Positions 1-8,899 of a stretch of 64,000 nucleotides of DNA are shown piece by piece. Source of the stretch: an uncultured delta proteobacterium (GTDB taxonomy: Bacteria; Desulfobacterota; Desulfomonilia; UBA1062); assembly GCA_963785235.1 (NCBI GenBank), contig CAWAUM010000001.1:512001-576000 (forward strand), written 5' to 3'. How positions within the stretch are numbered: position 1 is the first letter of the stretch; each line of letters opens with the position of its first letter. The notes under the pieces are model-generated. The model was not told the origin of the DNA. It made no database searches and worked only from the letters and a program-made list of their open reading frames with translations. The translations under genes were made by a program, and so were the position numbers.

Positions 1-663
1 ATCCCTGACTGGCCTGAGGCTGAAAGGCTGAAGATGGAGAAGGACGGGATGGGGTTCTACCTTACGGGGCATCCGCTGAACAAGTATGCGGACCTCATCG
101 ACAAGTATGCCACGGCTACAACCTTGACCCTCAAAGATGCACCCAACTCAGTGGTGCTCGCCGGCGTCCTGAGTGCGGTAAACGTGACAAGGACCAAGAA
201 AGGTGAGGCAATGGCACGGGGCGTGTTCGAAGACCTTGAGGGGTCAGCCGCGATCCTGTTTTTCCCCCAGTGTTACGGCAAGTATCAGGCATTAATCGCC
301 TCTGATGAACCGGTTATCATAAAGGCGAGGATCAACCGGGATGAGGAGAACGGTGCTGCAGAGGCGGACTCTTTGAGCCTCGACCTCATTGCCGAAGAGG
401 TCATGCCGCTCGATGGCGCAGACATGGTGCTGGCAAAGCGTTTAATCGTCCGGGTGCCCTTAACCTTGAAGGGTGAGGCCCTGGGTGCGCTCAAGATGGC
501 GATTGTGGGCAGCAAAGGGTCGTGTTCGCTTAGTTTTGAGGTGGAAACCGATGCCGCATTCGTCAATATTGACGCAGGCAAGGAATATATGGTCTCTCCG
601 GTGAGGGATTTCCTCTACAGACTCTCCGAAATCGTGGGGCCAAAGGGGGTTGAACTCCAGTGA
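1..663 (+). CDS. dnaE: DNA polymerase III alpha subunit, C-terminal part (gene starts before the window)
   Basis: Open frame from base 1 (IPDWPEAERLKMEKDGMGFYLTGHPL); EK..G.YLTGHPL motif and OB-fold segment TKKGEAMA..FEDLEG; directly upstream of accA as is typical. Confidence 0.93.
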   Translation: MPDWPEAERLKMEKDGMGFYLTGHPLNKYADLIDKYATATTLTLKDAPNSVVLAGVLSAVNVTRTKKGEAMARGVFEDLEGSAAILFFPQCYGKYQALIASDEPVIIKARINRDEENGAAEADSLSLDLIAEEVMPLDGADMVLAKRLIVRVPLTLKGEALGALKMAIVGSKGSCSLSFEVETDAAFVNIDAGKEYMVSPVRDFLYRLSEIVGPKGVELQ

Positions 664-1593
664 AATCCAAAGAGAAGTTCACCGATATCGATAATGCCTT
701 AAAAGGGCTGCAGGATACCATATCAAAGCTCGAGGGTGTCGATATCACCGAGATCGAACGCAAGGTGGATGTCTTCAGAAAAGAGCTCTATGAGGGCATT
801 TCCCGCTGGAGCAGTGTGGAGCTTTCGAGGCATTCGGACCGGCCCGGCATCGATGAGTTCATTCACCACCTCTTCACGGAATTCACCGAGATCAAGGGTG
901 ACCGTATTTATGAAGACGACCCTGCCGTTTTGGGCGGGCTGGCATTTCTGGACGACATCCCCGTGGTGGTTATCGGCCACAAGAAACGTTCCGAGGGGAA
1001 GAAGGATTACATCCGGTACCACTACGGCATGGCCAGCCCTTCCGGGCATTACAAGGCCATCAAGCTGTTCAAGCTCGCTGAAAAATTCAAAAGGCCCGTG
1101 ATCACCTTTGTGGACACGCCCGGTGCATACCCCGTCCCCGAGGCGGAAGACAGGGGCCAGGCCTTTTCCATTGCCCAGTGCATCCATATGGTTGCCTGCG
1201 TGAAGACCCCGGTAGTGGCATGCATAATCGGTGAGGCGGGATCAGGAGGCGCCCTGGCGCTGGGTTTTGGCGACAAGATCATCATGCTCGAGAACTCTTT
1301 CTACAGCGCCATCAGCCCCGAGGGGTTTTCCTCCATTATCTATGGCGATCCCTCCAAAAAGGAGAAGGCCGCAGAGACCCTGCGGGGCAGCGGCCGGGAC
1401 CTCTTCAGCTATGGTATTGTGGACTATCTCGTCAAGGAACCGACAGGCGGGGCGCACAATGACCCGGCATCGCGTCATCGAGGAGGTTTGTAAGGCAGTG
1501 CGCGGGTATGTGCACGAGCTTATCAAGATGCCCATGGATGAGGTCCTCAAGGCGCGCTCGGCATTCATCCAGAGGCTTCTCCCTCCTTCGTGA
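660..1593 (+). CDS. accA: Acetyl-CoA carboxylase carboxyltransferase alpha subunit (apparent frameshift near 1470)
   Basis: Motifs RH.DRP, GDR.YEDD.A, FVDTPGAYP, AEDRGQA, GSGGALA, ISPEG, EP.GGAH; C-terminal helix (VIEEVCKAV...ARSAFIQRLL) continues in another frame to the stop at 1593. Confidence 0.9.
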
Positions 1594-1678
1594 AGACATG
1601 GATTATTTTTCCTAACACCCTGGAATAAAGTTCCTGTTCAAGTTGCATCAACACTGTGACGACTGAGGAATTGTGAGA

Positions 1679-1694
1679 TGGCATCTTCCTTGCT
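1679..1694 (+). promoter_or_regulatory. sigma54 (-24/-12) promoter
   Basis: TGGCATCTTCCTTGCT fits TGGCAC-N5-TTGCW with exact spacing; followed by AGGAGG RBS and ATG at 1718. Confidence 0.7.
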
Positions 1695-1717
1695 TACAGA
1701 TACTGCAGGAGGCATGT

Positions 1718-2143
1718 ATGAAGATTAATCCTAATATGATCATCGGTTCTGTCGCAGGTGCCCAGATCAAACCGCATGGCGGTTCCAAAGGCGTATTTGA
1801 AGATGTCCTCAAGGGCCTTGAGAGCTCTACGGTGAATATGCAAGGCAAGATTGGGGCACAGTTTCAGATGAACCAGATCAGCCCTGTCAAGCTAAGTGCG
1901 GTCAGCGCCAGTGAAGAAGCCATCGAGCTCCTTGAGAGCTATTCAAAGGCAGTATCCGACCCGAATCTTAACCTCAAGGCCATCTCGCCCATGGTGGACC
2001 GGCTTGAGGCAACGAAGGCCAAGGTTGATAACGCCGCATCGTTCATAGCGGATAACGACCCGCTCAAGGGCATCATGAACGAGGTATCTTCAACCCTGTA
2101 CGGAGAGGTGCTCCGATTCAGGAGGGGTGAGCTCATAGGCTGA
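1718..2143 (+). CDS. Hypothetical protein, probably co-transcribed with pilD
   Basis: ORF MKINPNMIIG... with strong RBS; ends 1 nt before the pilD start. Confidence 0.8.
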   Translation: MKINPNMIIGSVAGAQIKPHGGSKGVFEDVLKGLESSTVNMQGKIGAQFQMNQISPVKLSAVSASEEAIELLESYSKAVSDPNLNLKAISPMVDRLEATKAKVDNAASFIADNDPLKGIMNEVSSTLYGEVLRFRRGELIG

Positions 2144-2144
2144 T

Positions 2145-2900
2145 ATGGTATTCATCGCAGCGCTCTTCGGGCTCTTTATCGGGAGCTTTCTCAATGTATG
2201 CATCTACCGGATAGCGCGCGATGAGTCCGTGGTGTGGCCGGCATCACACTGCCCGCAGTGCGGGAAGCCCATAAAACCCTGGGATAACATCCCGGTCATA
2301 AGCTATCTCATCTTAAAGGGTAAGTGCAGGAATTGTACCGAACCCATATCGGTTCGGTATCCCGTGGTGGAGCTCTTGAGCGGCCTGCTCGCGGTGAGCC
2401 TGCTCTACCGGTTCGGCCCGAGTGTCCCTTTCCTGATCTATTACCTCTGGGCCTGTGTCCTGCTCATTATCACCTTCATTGACCTTGATATCCAGATCAT
2501 CCCAGACAGGCTGTCGCTGGGCGGCATCGTGGCAGGACTCCTGGTTGTCTACTGGCTGCCCGTGACCTACAAGGACGCACTTTACGGGCTTGTCTTAGGC
2601 GGCGGGTTGCTCCTGGCCATCATCTATGGTTATTATTTTCTCACCAAGAAAGAGGGCATGGGAGGCGGCGATGTGAAACTGCTTGCCATGATCGGCGTTT
2701 TCACGGGCTGGCAGGGTGTTCTCTTCACGGTGTTTGCCGGCTCGCTCATGGGTACCATCGTGGGCATCCCCTACGGGCTCATCAAGAAAGGCACCCTCAA
2801 GGCCGCCATCCCCTTCGGGCCGTTCCTGGCCCTTGGCGCCCTGATCTATGTGTTCTGGGGCCAGCAGATTATTGACTGGTACTTCGGTTTTCTCGGCTGA
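2145..2900 (+). CDS. pilD: Prepilin peptidase/N-methyltransferase (A24)
   Basis: GSFLNVCIYR, CPQC and CRNC zinc ligands, FIDLD and GMGGGDVKL catalytic aspartate motifs, IPFGPFL. Confidence 0.95.
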   Translation: MVFIAALFGLFIGSFLNVCIYRIARDESVVWPASHCPQCGKPIKPWDNIPVISYLILKGKCRNCTEPISVRYPVVELLSGLLAVSLLYRFGPSVPFLIYYLWACVLLIITFIDLDIQIIPDRLSLGGIVAGLLVVYWLPVTYKDALYGLVLGGGLLLAIIYGYYFLTKKEGMGGGDVKLLAMIGVFTGWQGVLFTVFAGSLMGTIVGIPYGLIKKGTLKAAIPFGPFLALGALIYVFWGQQIIDWYFGFLG

Positions 2901-2981
2901 AGTATTCCTATTTCCCATAAAGAGATTATGTCACAACTCCTGTTGAATCCCTGAGTTCCTAGTGCAACTATTGTATCAGAG

Positions 2982-3020
2982 TCCCCGCCCCTTCAAGGGG
3001 AGGGACAGGGTGGGGATGGG
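2982..3020 (+). repeat. G/C-rich extragenic palindromic element (CCCCGCCCCTTCAAGGGGAGGG..GGGTGGGGATGGG type)
   Basis: CCCCGCCCC-TTCAA-GGGGAGGG hairpin followed by G-tract; resembles a recurrent intergenic repeat of deltaproteobacteria (from recall); single copy here. Confidence 0.45.
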
Positions 3021-3168
3021 TTTGACCCCTGAAGTCTCTTATGGCTGAGGACAGAGAGTGAGGGGTATAACATGGACCATCACTCGATCAGATGTATCCA
3101 TCTCCTGAATTGATCATCCAAAAATAGTGAGCAGAGATATGAATGACATGCTTAAGCGAGGTGTTGTT

Positions 3169-3357
3169 ATGAAAACGATAACTGAAAGGTATGAGAGAGA
3201 AGAAATAAAGAATGCCATAAAATGGATATCAGAGCAGATAGAGAATAACTCTGACCAGCCTGTTCAGAAGCTTCTGAACAAGGCTATTTTTGAATTCAAC
3301 CTTTCCCCGGCCGATGCGGAGTTCCTGATGCGCTTTTTCCATGACAGGGCAGCATGA
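3169..3357 (+). CDS. Small hypothetical protein (62 aa)
   Basis: GAGG RBS before ATG 3169; IKNAIKWISE...AIFEFNLSPADAEFL looks protein-like. Confidence 0.7.
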   Translation: MKTITERYEREEIKNAIKWISEQIENNSDQPVQKLLNKAIFEFNLSPADAEFLMRFFHDRAA

Positions 3358-3968
3358 CAGGAGCGGGGTGAGGCTTTGCATGATAGCTCATCATTGAGAG
3401 GCTGTTCATATTCAACTGGGGAAATATTCAGTCTCAGGATATCGTCAAGATGACCGGTTATACAGCACCCGAAGTTTCAATTCATAAATATTCATTCGAG
3501 GCAAAATGAATATGTGCACATCATCACTCTTTTACAAATGCCCAAGAAGATAAAGTATGTGCCAATAGTTTTACTTCTGAATGAAGCAGAAAAAGTATAG
3601 TTATCATCTGAGAACTTCTACTTTTAGACCGATACGAGAACATCTATCTATTATAGATATCTATATTCGCGAATATGCTTCAAGTGCGTATAGTTATCGT
3701 TACTTCTTCTGATTGATCGAGGAGTATAGATTATGTTCAGAAACATGCAATAACATCAAAGCACTGATTATCACGAAATCATCAGTCTATTACAACTCAA
3801 AATCATATCAAGAAATATCAATATGAACTGACCCAGAATCAGAGACTGAAGTTAGATGCTATTATATGGAAATATATTTCCATTATTTTCTAAAAGTCAT
3901 CCGTGCTTCAATCTAATCCATCCATGTAGAATAGTATAAATTGTTGTTATTACTTGACTATATACGTG

Positions 3969-3984
3969 TGGCATTTTAATTGCT
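3969..3984 (+). promoter_or_regulatory. sigma54 (-24/-12) promoter of the PEP-CTERM gene
   Basis: TGGCATTTTAATTGCT, exact spacing, 43 nt upstream of the ATG; PEP-CTERM genes are known to carry sigma54 promoters. Confidence 0.8.
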
Positions 3985-4027
3985 TGATTTATGAAGACAC
4001 CATTTGTGGATAAACAACGGAGGATAA

Positions 4028-4717
4028 ATGAAAAAGTTATTTTTGATTAATATTCTGGGGTTTGCTCTATTTGTATGTACATCATCAATAGCTATGGCTA
4101 CCAGTGTGACATTTAATAGTACGACATACACTACTCCAAGCAGCTCTACAACCTATGGTGGTTTTATAGCGCCCTCAAATACATCATGGGACAGTGGCTC
4201 AAACAAAATCAATATTGTAGACTGGCTGCTGACCTATGGTGGCAACCATAGCTACACATACGTAAACACTGGAACCTGGCTATCAGACGGGGCGTCAAGT
4301 GTCATTCTTGCAGAAATCGCTGGCAATGCAAATACGAATACATTCGGTTATTATACCGAATCGGGGAGAACTCAGCTTTTCAGCGGGAGTGCTTCTACAA
4401 ATGATATGACCGATTTTACTCTTAATCCAGCACAAATATTTGGTTTTTACCTTGGCGTATTGGGCGGAACCTACTATTATACAGATAACTCACACAATCA
4501 AAACATCCAAGCAGCTATCTTCCAACTCAATGATACCAATCAATTTATCATTGGGTTCGAAGACCTGCCATATGGTTCTAGCGACAAAGACTTTCAGGAC
4601 ATGATCGTGAAGGCCACCATCAACCAGACCGCACCGGTCCCCGAGCCAGCGACCATGCTTCTTTTAGGGTCAGGTTTACTTGGTCTTGCAGGATTCAGGA
4701 AGAAGTTAAAGAGATAA
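4028..4717 (+). CDS. PEP-CTERM sorting-domain exported protein (DUF4114-like GFEDL..D.DFQD domain)
   Basis: N-terminal signal peptide; C-terminus VPEPATMLLLGSGLLGLAGFRKKLKR = VPEP motif, TM helix, basic tail. Confidence 0.93.
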   Translation: MKKLFLINILGFALFVCTSSIAMATSVTFNSTTYTTPSSSTTYGGFIAPSNTSWDSGSNKINIVDWLLTYGGNHSYTYVNTGTWLSDGASSVILAEIAGNANTNTFGYYTESGRTQLFSGSASTNDMTDFTLNPAQIFGFYLGVLGGTYYYTDNSHNQNIQAAIFQLNDTNQFIIGFEDLPYGSSDKDFQDMIVKATINQTAPVPEPATMLLLGSGLLGLAGFRKKLKR

Positions 4718-4738
4718 CATCACATTTTATAGGATAGT

Positions 4739-4770
4739 AAAGGCAGGGTCGATTTCTGGCCCTGCTTTTT
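4739..4770 (+). terminator. Rho-independent terminator
   Basis: AAAGGCAGGGTC-loop-GGCCCTGCTTTTT just after the PEP-CTERM stop. Confidence 0.8.
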
Positions 4771-5081
4771 ATTTCAATACAAATCAAGAGGGTTGATCCT
4801 TGAGATATTTAATCAGTTTAGAGAAGACTAATAGATGATGATAAAGGTTTGAAACCTATTCAATATGGCACTCTATGTCAGAGCGTTGAACCTCGCACGT
4901 GATCTATACCGTGGATGATTTGTTACAGACAGACACATGTGGCCAGAAATCATCAAATTTGACCAATCATTATGTATTACATTATAACAGTCAGTTTGTA
5001 GAAAGCTGAAATTGATGATATTAGCTGGTTACAACATTATTAATTAAATATTTATCTGACTTTCAGTAATCATTAAGGATA

Positions 5082-5579
5082 GTGTGCTTGAGAATTTGGA
5101 TTGTAGTTCTTATCCTTGTGCTTCTCTATTACTCTACACCATCATACGCCAATGGTGTATTTCTTGAAAGTGGTCAGGGTATATATTACTCTACAGATTC
5201 CCGGACCATATTCCTCAGCTATCAAATAGACTCTCCACAACTATTTGGTCTTAACAGCAACTATAATGTGGCACTCGGTTCATGGAATGGACCAGATCAC
5301 AACAATGCACTTATACTTACTAAGGGTATATGGATGAACCTGCATGGAAAAACATATATTTCTTTTGAACCTGGAGGTGCTTACATTAGACGGACTACAA
5401 ACAACCTTGGTACACGACTTCAGTTTGCGTTCCGATCTGCGCTAGGTATAAGGACAGAAGAATATGACTTTTCGATTGGTTATAAACACTTCTCTAATGG
5501 GAAAGGGATATTCCATTGGACAGATACAGCAAACTTCGGTGAAAATTTCATCACACTCCAAATAGGCTACCTTTTATGA
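5082..5579 (+). CDS. PagL-like lipid A 3-O-deacylase / acyloxyacyl hydrolase outer-membrane beta-barrel
   Basis: Signal peptide; LGTRLQFAFRSALG, YKHFSNG catalytic H-x-S motif, N.GEN and terminal aromatic strand. Confidence 0.75.
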   Translation: MCLRIWIVVLILVLLYYSTPSYANGVFLESGQGIYYSTDSRTIFLSYQIDSPQLFGLNSNYNVALGSWNGPDHNNALILTKGIWMNLHGKTYISFEPGGAYIRRTTNNLGTRLQFAFRSALGIRTEEYDFSIGYKHFSNGKGIFHWTDTANFGENFITLQIGYLL

Positions 5580-5717
5580 TCGCTTTGTAAGGTCGGAAAA
5601 CAGATAATCTTGAAATATAAGCGATGGTGAACTATGTTTTTATTGACAGGGGCCTTACCATGTCCAGCTACGGATTACCCTTCTTACACTGATAAGAGCC
5701 AATCAAGTGCCATTATC

Positions 5718-6902
5718 TCATTGGGGCTTCCTTTCAAGTTCTTGCCATGACTTGTTGGTTTCCGCATTGGGGTTGTAACCCGGGCTGTCCGTGAGAATGT
5801 ATTCACCGCTCCCATTGGTCCACACATGTTTGTATCCCCCCGGCAACTCCACCTGGGATCCTTCGATGGGATTAAAATAGTGTTCAGTGCCCCTGATGGA
5901 CTCGCTCATCTTCTCTCCAATGCGGTCATAGATCTTCTGTCTTTCATTGTATGACTGCATCATGGAGTCACTTATCTCGCTGTTGGTCTGGCTGATGTAT
6001 CGGCTGAGTTCACCCATGGAACGAATGAACTTAAGCTGGTTCTGTACCAGGGTGTTGACCACCTGATTGTAGATGTTGAACCACTGAGGACTGATTCTGA
6101 TGGAATCCGTCATTGCCTTGAATGCCGTTGCCTTTGAAGCAATAGTGCCCTTTGCAGCCTTGTAGGAAAAGATGTAATTCACATACCAGCTGGTGTTGGT
6201 GACAACCCCCTGGAAGGTCTGTATCGGGTATGAGTATCCCTCTACTACGGTGAAGATGTCTTCCTCCATCGGCGTCTCGCCCTTCATGTATTCGATGCGC
6301 ATCTTGGCAGCCCCGCTGAAGGACTGCATCCCTGGTTGTCCCTCCCCTGCCGTCATTGACCTTGCCAGTTCGGGCAGTGGACATACGCTCACGACCTTGA
6401 GTCTGGCAGCCTTGCCCCGGAATCGTGGGATAATAATCCTGGTCAACGCATCTTCGGGGCTGACCACGGGCATCACCTCAGCACCAAAATACCTGGATCC
6501 GGGAGGAAACATGGACAGGAGCATCTGGTTGTTTGTCCAGAACATGGCAAGGCTTGGGAAGGCCTCGAATTCCTCGTGGCCGGTTGGATTTCTCACCGTG
6601 AAGCTGACATTGGCAGGCATGACTGGGTTGTCGAGCACCCAGTTGACCCCTCCGCTGAACTGCCAGCCTACCGGAATGAGAAGGCTGAAGGCTTCACCGC
6701 CTGTACCCTTCCTGTCCACATAGGTGCATTTCTGGAGGCGCAGGGCATCTCCTTGAGTCTGGGCAGACTCGCTGGAGGGCTTGGATTTCAGATCGGTCCC
6801 GCATTGGGGATTCTGTTGCGGATCAGATTTCTGGCAGGATACCAGGAAGAAGATACTCATGAGAAACAGGACAGCTATGGAAACGAAGACATGTCCCCGC
6901 AC
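5718..6902 (-). CDS. Hypothetical lipoprotein
   Basis: 394-aa ORF with lipobox-like FLVSC; no family recognised. Confidence 0.75.
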   Translation of the reverse strand: MRGHVFVSIAVLFLMSIFFLVSCQKSDPQQNPQCGTDLKSKPSSESAQTQGDALRLQKCTYVDRKGTGGEAFSLLIPVGWQFSGGVNWVLDNPVMPANVSFTVRNPTGHEEFEAFPSLAMFWTNNQMLLSMFPPGSRYFGAEVMPVVSPEDALTRIIIPRFRGKAARLKVVSVCPLPELARSMTAGEGQPGMQSFSGAAKMRIEYMKGETPMEEDIFTVVEGYSYPIQTFQGVVTNTSWYVNYIFSYKAAKGTIASKATAFKAMTDSIRISPQWFNIYNQVVNTLVQNQLKFIRSMGELSRYISQTNSEISDSMMQSYNERQKIYDRIGEKMSESIRGTEHYFNPIEGSQVELPGGYKHVWTNGSGEYILTDSPGYNPNAETNKSWQELERKPQ

Positions 6903-7135
6903 GTGACCTCTTTCCTGGCAAGAACTGGCAAAATCCCTTGCTTTTAAAGGGGATGAGCTTTGGTGCCGACTGTTTCATGAGATCGAAGACAATAGTATGC
7001 TTCTGTGTGTTATAAGCCTTGTCGCTTGATCCCCTTGAGTCTGGTTGGTTCCATTTTATCTGATTTTTCATGGTCAATCCTTTTCCCGGCCTGTCAGCTG
7101 ATTGCTTTACAAAAATATCTAAACAATGACGAGTC

Positions 7136-7198
7136 GTTCAACGATTGAACTCACCTGCCGCGGCGTAAGCCGTGGTCTGGTGCAGTGAATGGTTATCT
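7136..7198 (-). other. Integron attC recombination site (63 bp)
   Basis: Minus strand: R'' AGATAAC (contains toxin TAA), 5-nt spacer CATTC, L'' ACTGCACC with extrahelical G, central hairpin CGGC-TTAC-GCCG, L' GGTGAGT, 6-nt spacer TCAATC, R' GTTGAAC (GTTRRRY). Confidence 0.88.
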
Positions 7199-7531
7199 TC
7201 CAATAATTTCACTCAGACCATCAATTAGATGGTCGAGGACTTCAGGAGGTAGATTGGTGATCTTCTTCCCTATGCGCTGAACAGATAGTGTTCTTATTTG
7301 GCTGATTTTTACCCATGATCTTTTCGGAAGCTTGTCGGTCCCCAGTTCAAATGTGAGAGGGAATCCGGCTTTTTGGGGCTGGCTTGTTATTGCCATGGCA
7401 ATAACTGTTCCTGATCGTTCATTGAAAACATCATGGCTTAAGATGAGTACGGGTCTGATACCAATTTGTTCATTACCTTTTGAGGGATTCAAATCAGCCC
7501 AACGGACATCACCCCTTAATATTCTGGCCAT
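7193..7531 (-). CDS. PemK/MazF-family endoribonuclease toxin
   Basis: [41 protein letters not shown]. Confidence 0.93.
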   Translation of the reverse strand: MARILRGDVRWADLNPSKGNEQIGIRPVLILSHDVFNERSGTVIAMAITSQPQKAGFPLTFELGTDKLPKRSWVKISQIRTLSVQRIGKKITNLPPEVLDHLIDGLSEIIGR

Positions 7532-7758
7532 TCATTCACATCCTCAGAAATTCCTTCATCAGCGAGTGCTTGCTCATATGAAGGGTCAAGCTTTGCACAT
7601 TCCCGGGCAAGCCTGGATTTTTCGAGACGTTTAATTTTATCCTGTACGGCCTCTTGTATTGCCTTACTTCTATTTGGGAAAACATGCTCCTTTACTAGCC
7701 GGTCAAGTCTATGAAGAGTGTCGTCATCGATAGTAATAGCTACTTTGGCTGATCCCAT
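7516..7758 (-). CDS. Ribbon-helix-helix (CopG-like) antitoxin
   Basis: KVAITID..L..LD.LV....[13 protein letters not shown] pattern; acidic WPEY tail; overlaps the toxin start. Confidence 0.9.
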   Translation of the reverse strand: MGSAKVAITIDDDTLHRLDRLVKEHVFPNRSKAIQEAVQDKIKRLEKSRLARECAKLDPSYEQALADEGISEDVNEWPEY

Positions 7759-7769
7759 TTTCCACCTCC

Positions 7770-7790
7770 GGTATGATAATTAATCATACC
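7770..7790. promoter_or_regulatory. Palindromic operator for TA autoregulation
   Basis: GGTATGAT-AATTA-ATCATACC perfect 8-bp inverted repeat immediately upstream of the antitoxin RBS (GGAGG). Confidence 0.65.
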
Positions 7791-7833
7791 ACTATGAAAG
7801 TCAAGCTGGGATTAGATGCTGGAAGATAATTAC

Positions 7834-7855
7834 TATACCGATTTTTATCGGTATA
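7834..7855. other. Inverted repeat at the cassette/recombinase junction (candidate attI-like recombinase binding site)
   Basis: TATACCGAT-TTTT-ATCGGTATA, 4 nt outside the cassette boundary. Confidence 0.5.
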
Positions 7856-7908
7856 TCAGAATCTGTAATAACTCAGACAGATATCTCGTTCTTATTAACA
7901 TTGATTAA

Positions 7909-8300
7909 ATGAATTACCTCCCAATCCTCATTTGTGAACACAGATCGAATTCCAGGGATAATACAATAAAAGCTTACGGGTTTGTTCTGGGAAAACTCTA
8001 TGATCATTTCGAAGGGAGGGATATGAGGTCTCTTTCCTCAGAGGAGATGCTCATGTTCCTCAATCAGTTGTGTGAAGGGGTAAAGCAAAGAACAAATAGA
8101 TCCAGATATTCAAACCTCAGAGCCTTTTTCAACTTCATCAGGGGCAATATAGATAATGATTTTATTAATCCTTGCGATACCGCGATGATCATGAGAATCT
8201 TCAGACATCCGGAATCCATACATTGGGATATCATCGAAAAAGAAGTGGTTGATGAAGTGATTTTCAGGACAATCAATCCAAGGAATCGTCTTGATCCTGG
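7909..8300 (+). pseudogene. Truncated tyrosine recombinase (core-binding/SAM-like domain only)
   Basis: NT.KAY..L..L, EMLMFL, RYSNLRAFFNF, NPC and RNRL, then the sequence diverges before the catalytic Arg (expected L...G.R..E); divergent from the cassette. Confidence 0.75.
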
Positions 8301-8371
8301 AAAAGATCTCTGGGATAAGCTGTGTTGGAGAATGTGTCGACTCATGACTTTTAAAGAAGGGTTATTAAGGT

Positions 8372-8899
8372 ATGTCAGGATTCCATGAGAAGATCATAAC
8401 AGCCTTGAAAGAGGCGGCCCTCATCTTTGTCCTGAGCCTTGTACTGGCCCTTGTGATCAATACCCTCAGGCCCGGCGGGCTTGTGGTCATACCTGCCCAT
8501 ACCCAGCCGAAAGAAGCTGGAGTGTCGATAATCAACCCCAGGATATATTCGGCGGATGATTGCTTGCGGCTCCTTCAAGCAGGCAAGGCAGTGTTTCTCG
8601 ATGCGCGGGAGGAAGCGCTGTATAAGATGGGTCACCTTCCGGGGGCCCTCCATGTGCCAAAGGAGAAGGCGGAGCAGTATCTGCCGCAGCTTAGAGGGCT
8701 GGAACGAGGCGGCAAGGTACTCATTGCATATTGCGACGGTCAGGGTTGTATGAAGGCAGAAGAGCTTATGAAGATCCTCCAGGGCAAGGGTATCAAGGCG
8801 CCCGGCCTGTTCTCGGACGGCTGGCAGGGATGGATGGATAAAGGGCTTCCCATTGATGAGGGGGCGGGTAATGGATCAGACAGCACCCAAAATAAGTAA
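8372..8899 (+). CDS. Membrane-anchored rhodanese-like domain protein
   Basis: N-terminal TM; FLDAR....Y..GHLPGA, YCDGQGC active-site loop, DGWQGW...GLP. Confidence 0.88.
   Translation: MSGFHEKIITALKEAALIFVLSLVLALVINTLRPGGLVVIPAHTQPKEAGVSIINPRIYSADDCLRLLQAGKAVFLDAREEALYKMGHLPGALHVPKEKAEQYLPQLRGLERGGKVLIAYCDGQGCMKAEELMKILQGKGIKAPGLFSDGWQGWMDKGLPIDEGAGNGSDSTQNK

Larger units (their letters stand above)
7142..7829 (-). mobile_element. Integron-type gene cassette carrying a type II toxin-antitoxin pair
   Basis: Starts TTATCTTCC (7829-7821), the exact complement of the cassette's own attC R'' region GGAAGATAA, and ends at the G of R'; this is the signature of a linearised circular cassette. Confidence 0.8.

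Noticed and set aside
1673-1717. Longer N-terminus given by the ORF track for the 1673-2143 gene
   Set aside because: Overlaps the sigma54 promoter; the RBS supports ATG 1718
5697-5712. sigma54-like TGGCACTTGATTGGCT on the minus strand
   Set aside because: Weak -12 element and it points antisense into the PagL-like gene with no ORF to drive
5718-7135. A second gene cassette downstream of the TA attC
   Set aside because: No attC beginning with GTTCAAC or any attC-like fold found after the lipoprotein stop; ORF 6823-7077 overlaps the lipoprotein start and has no recognisable features
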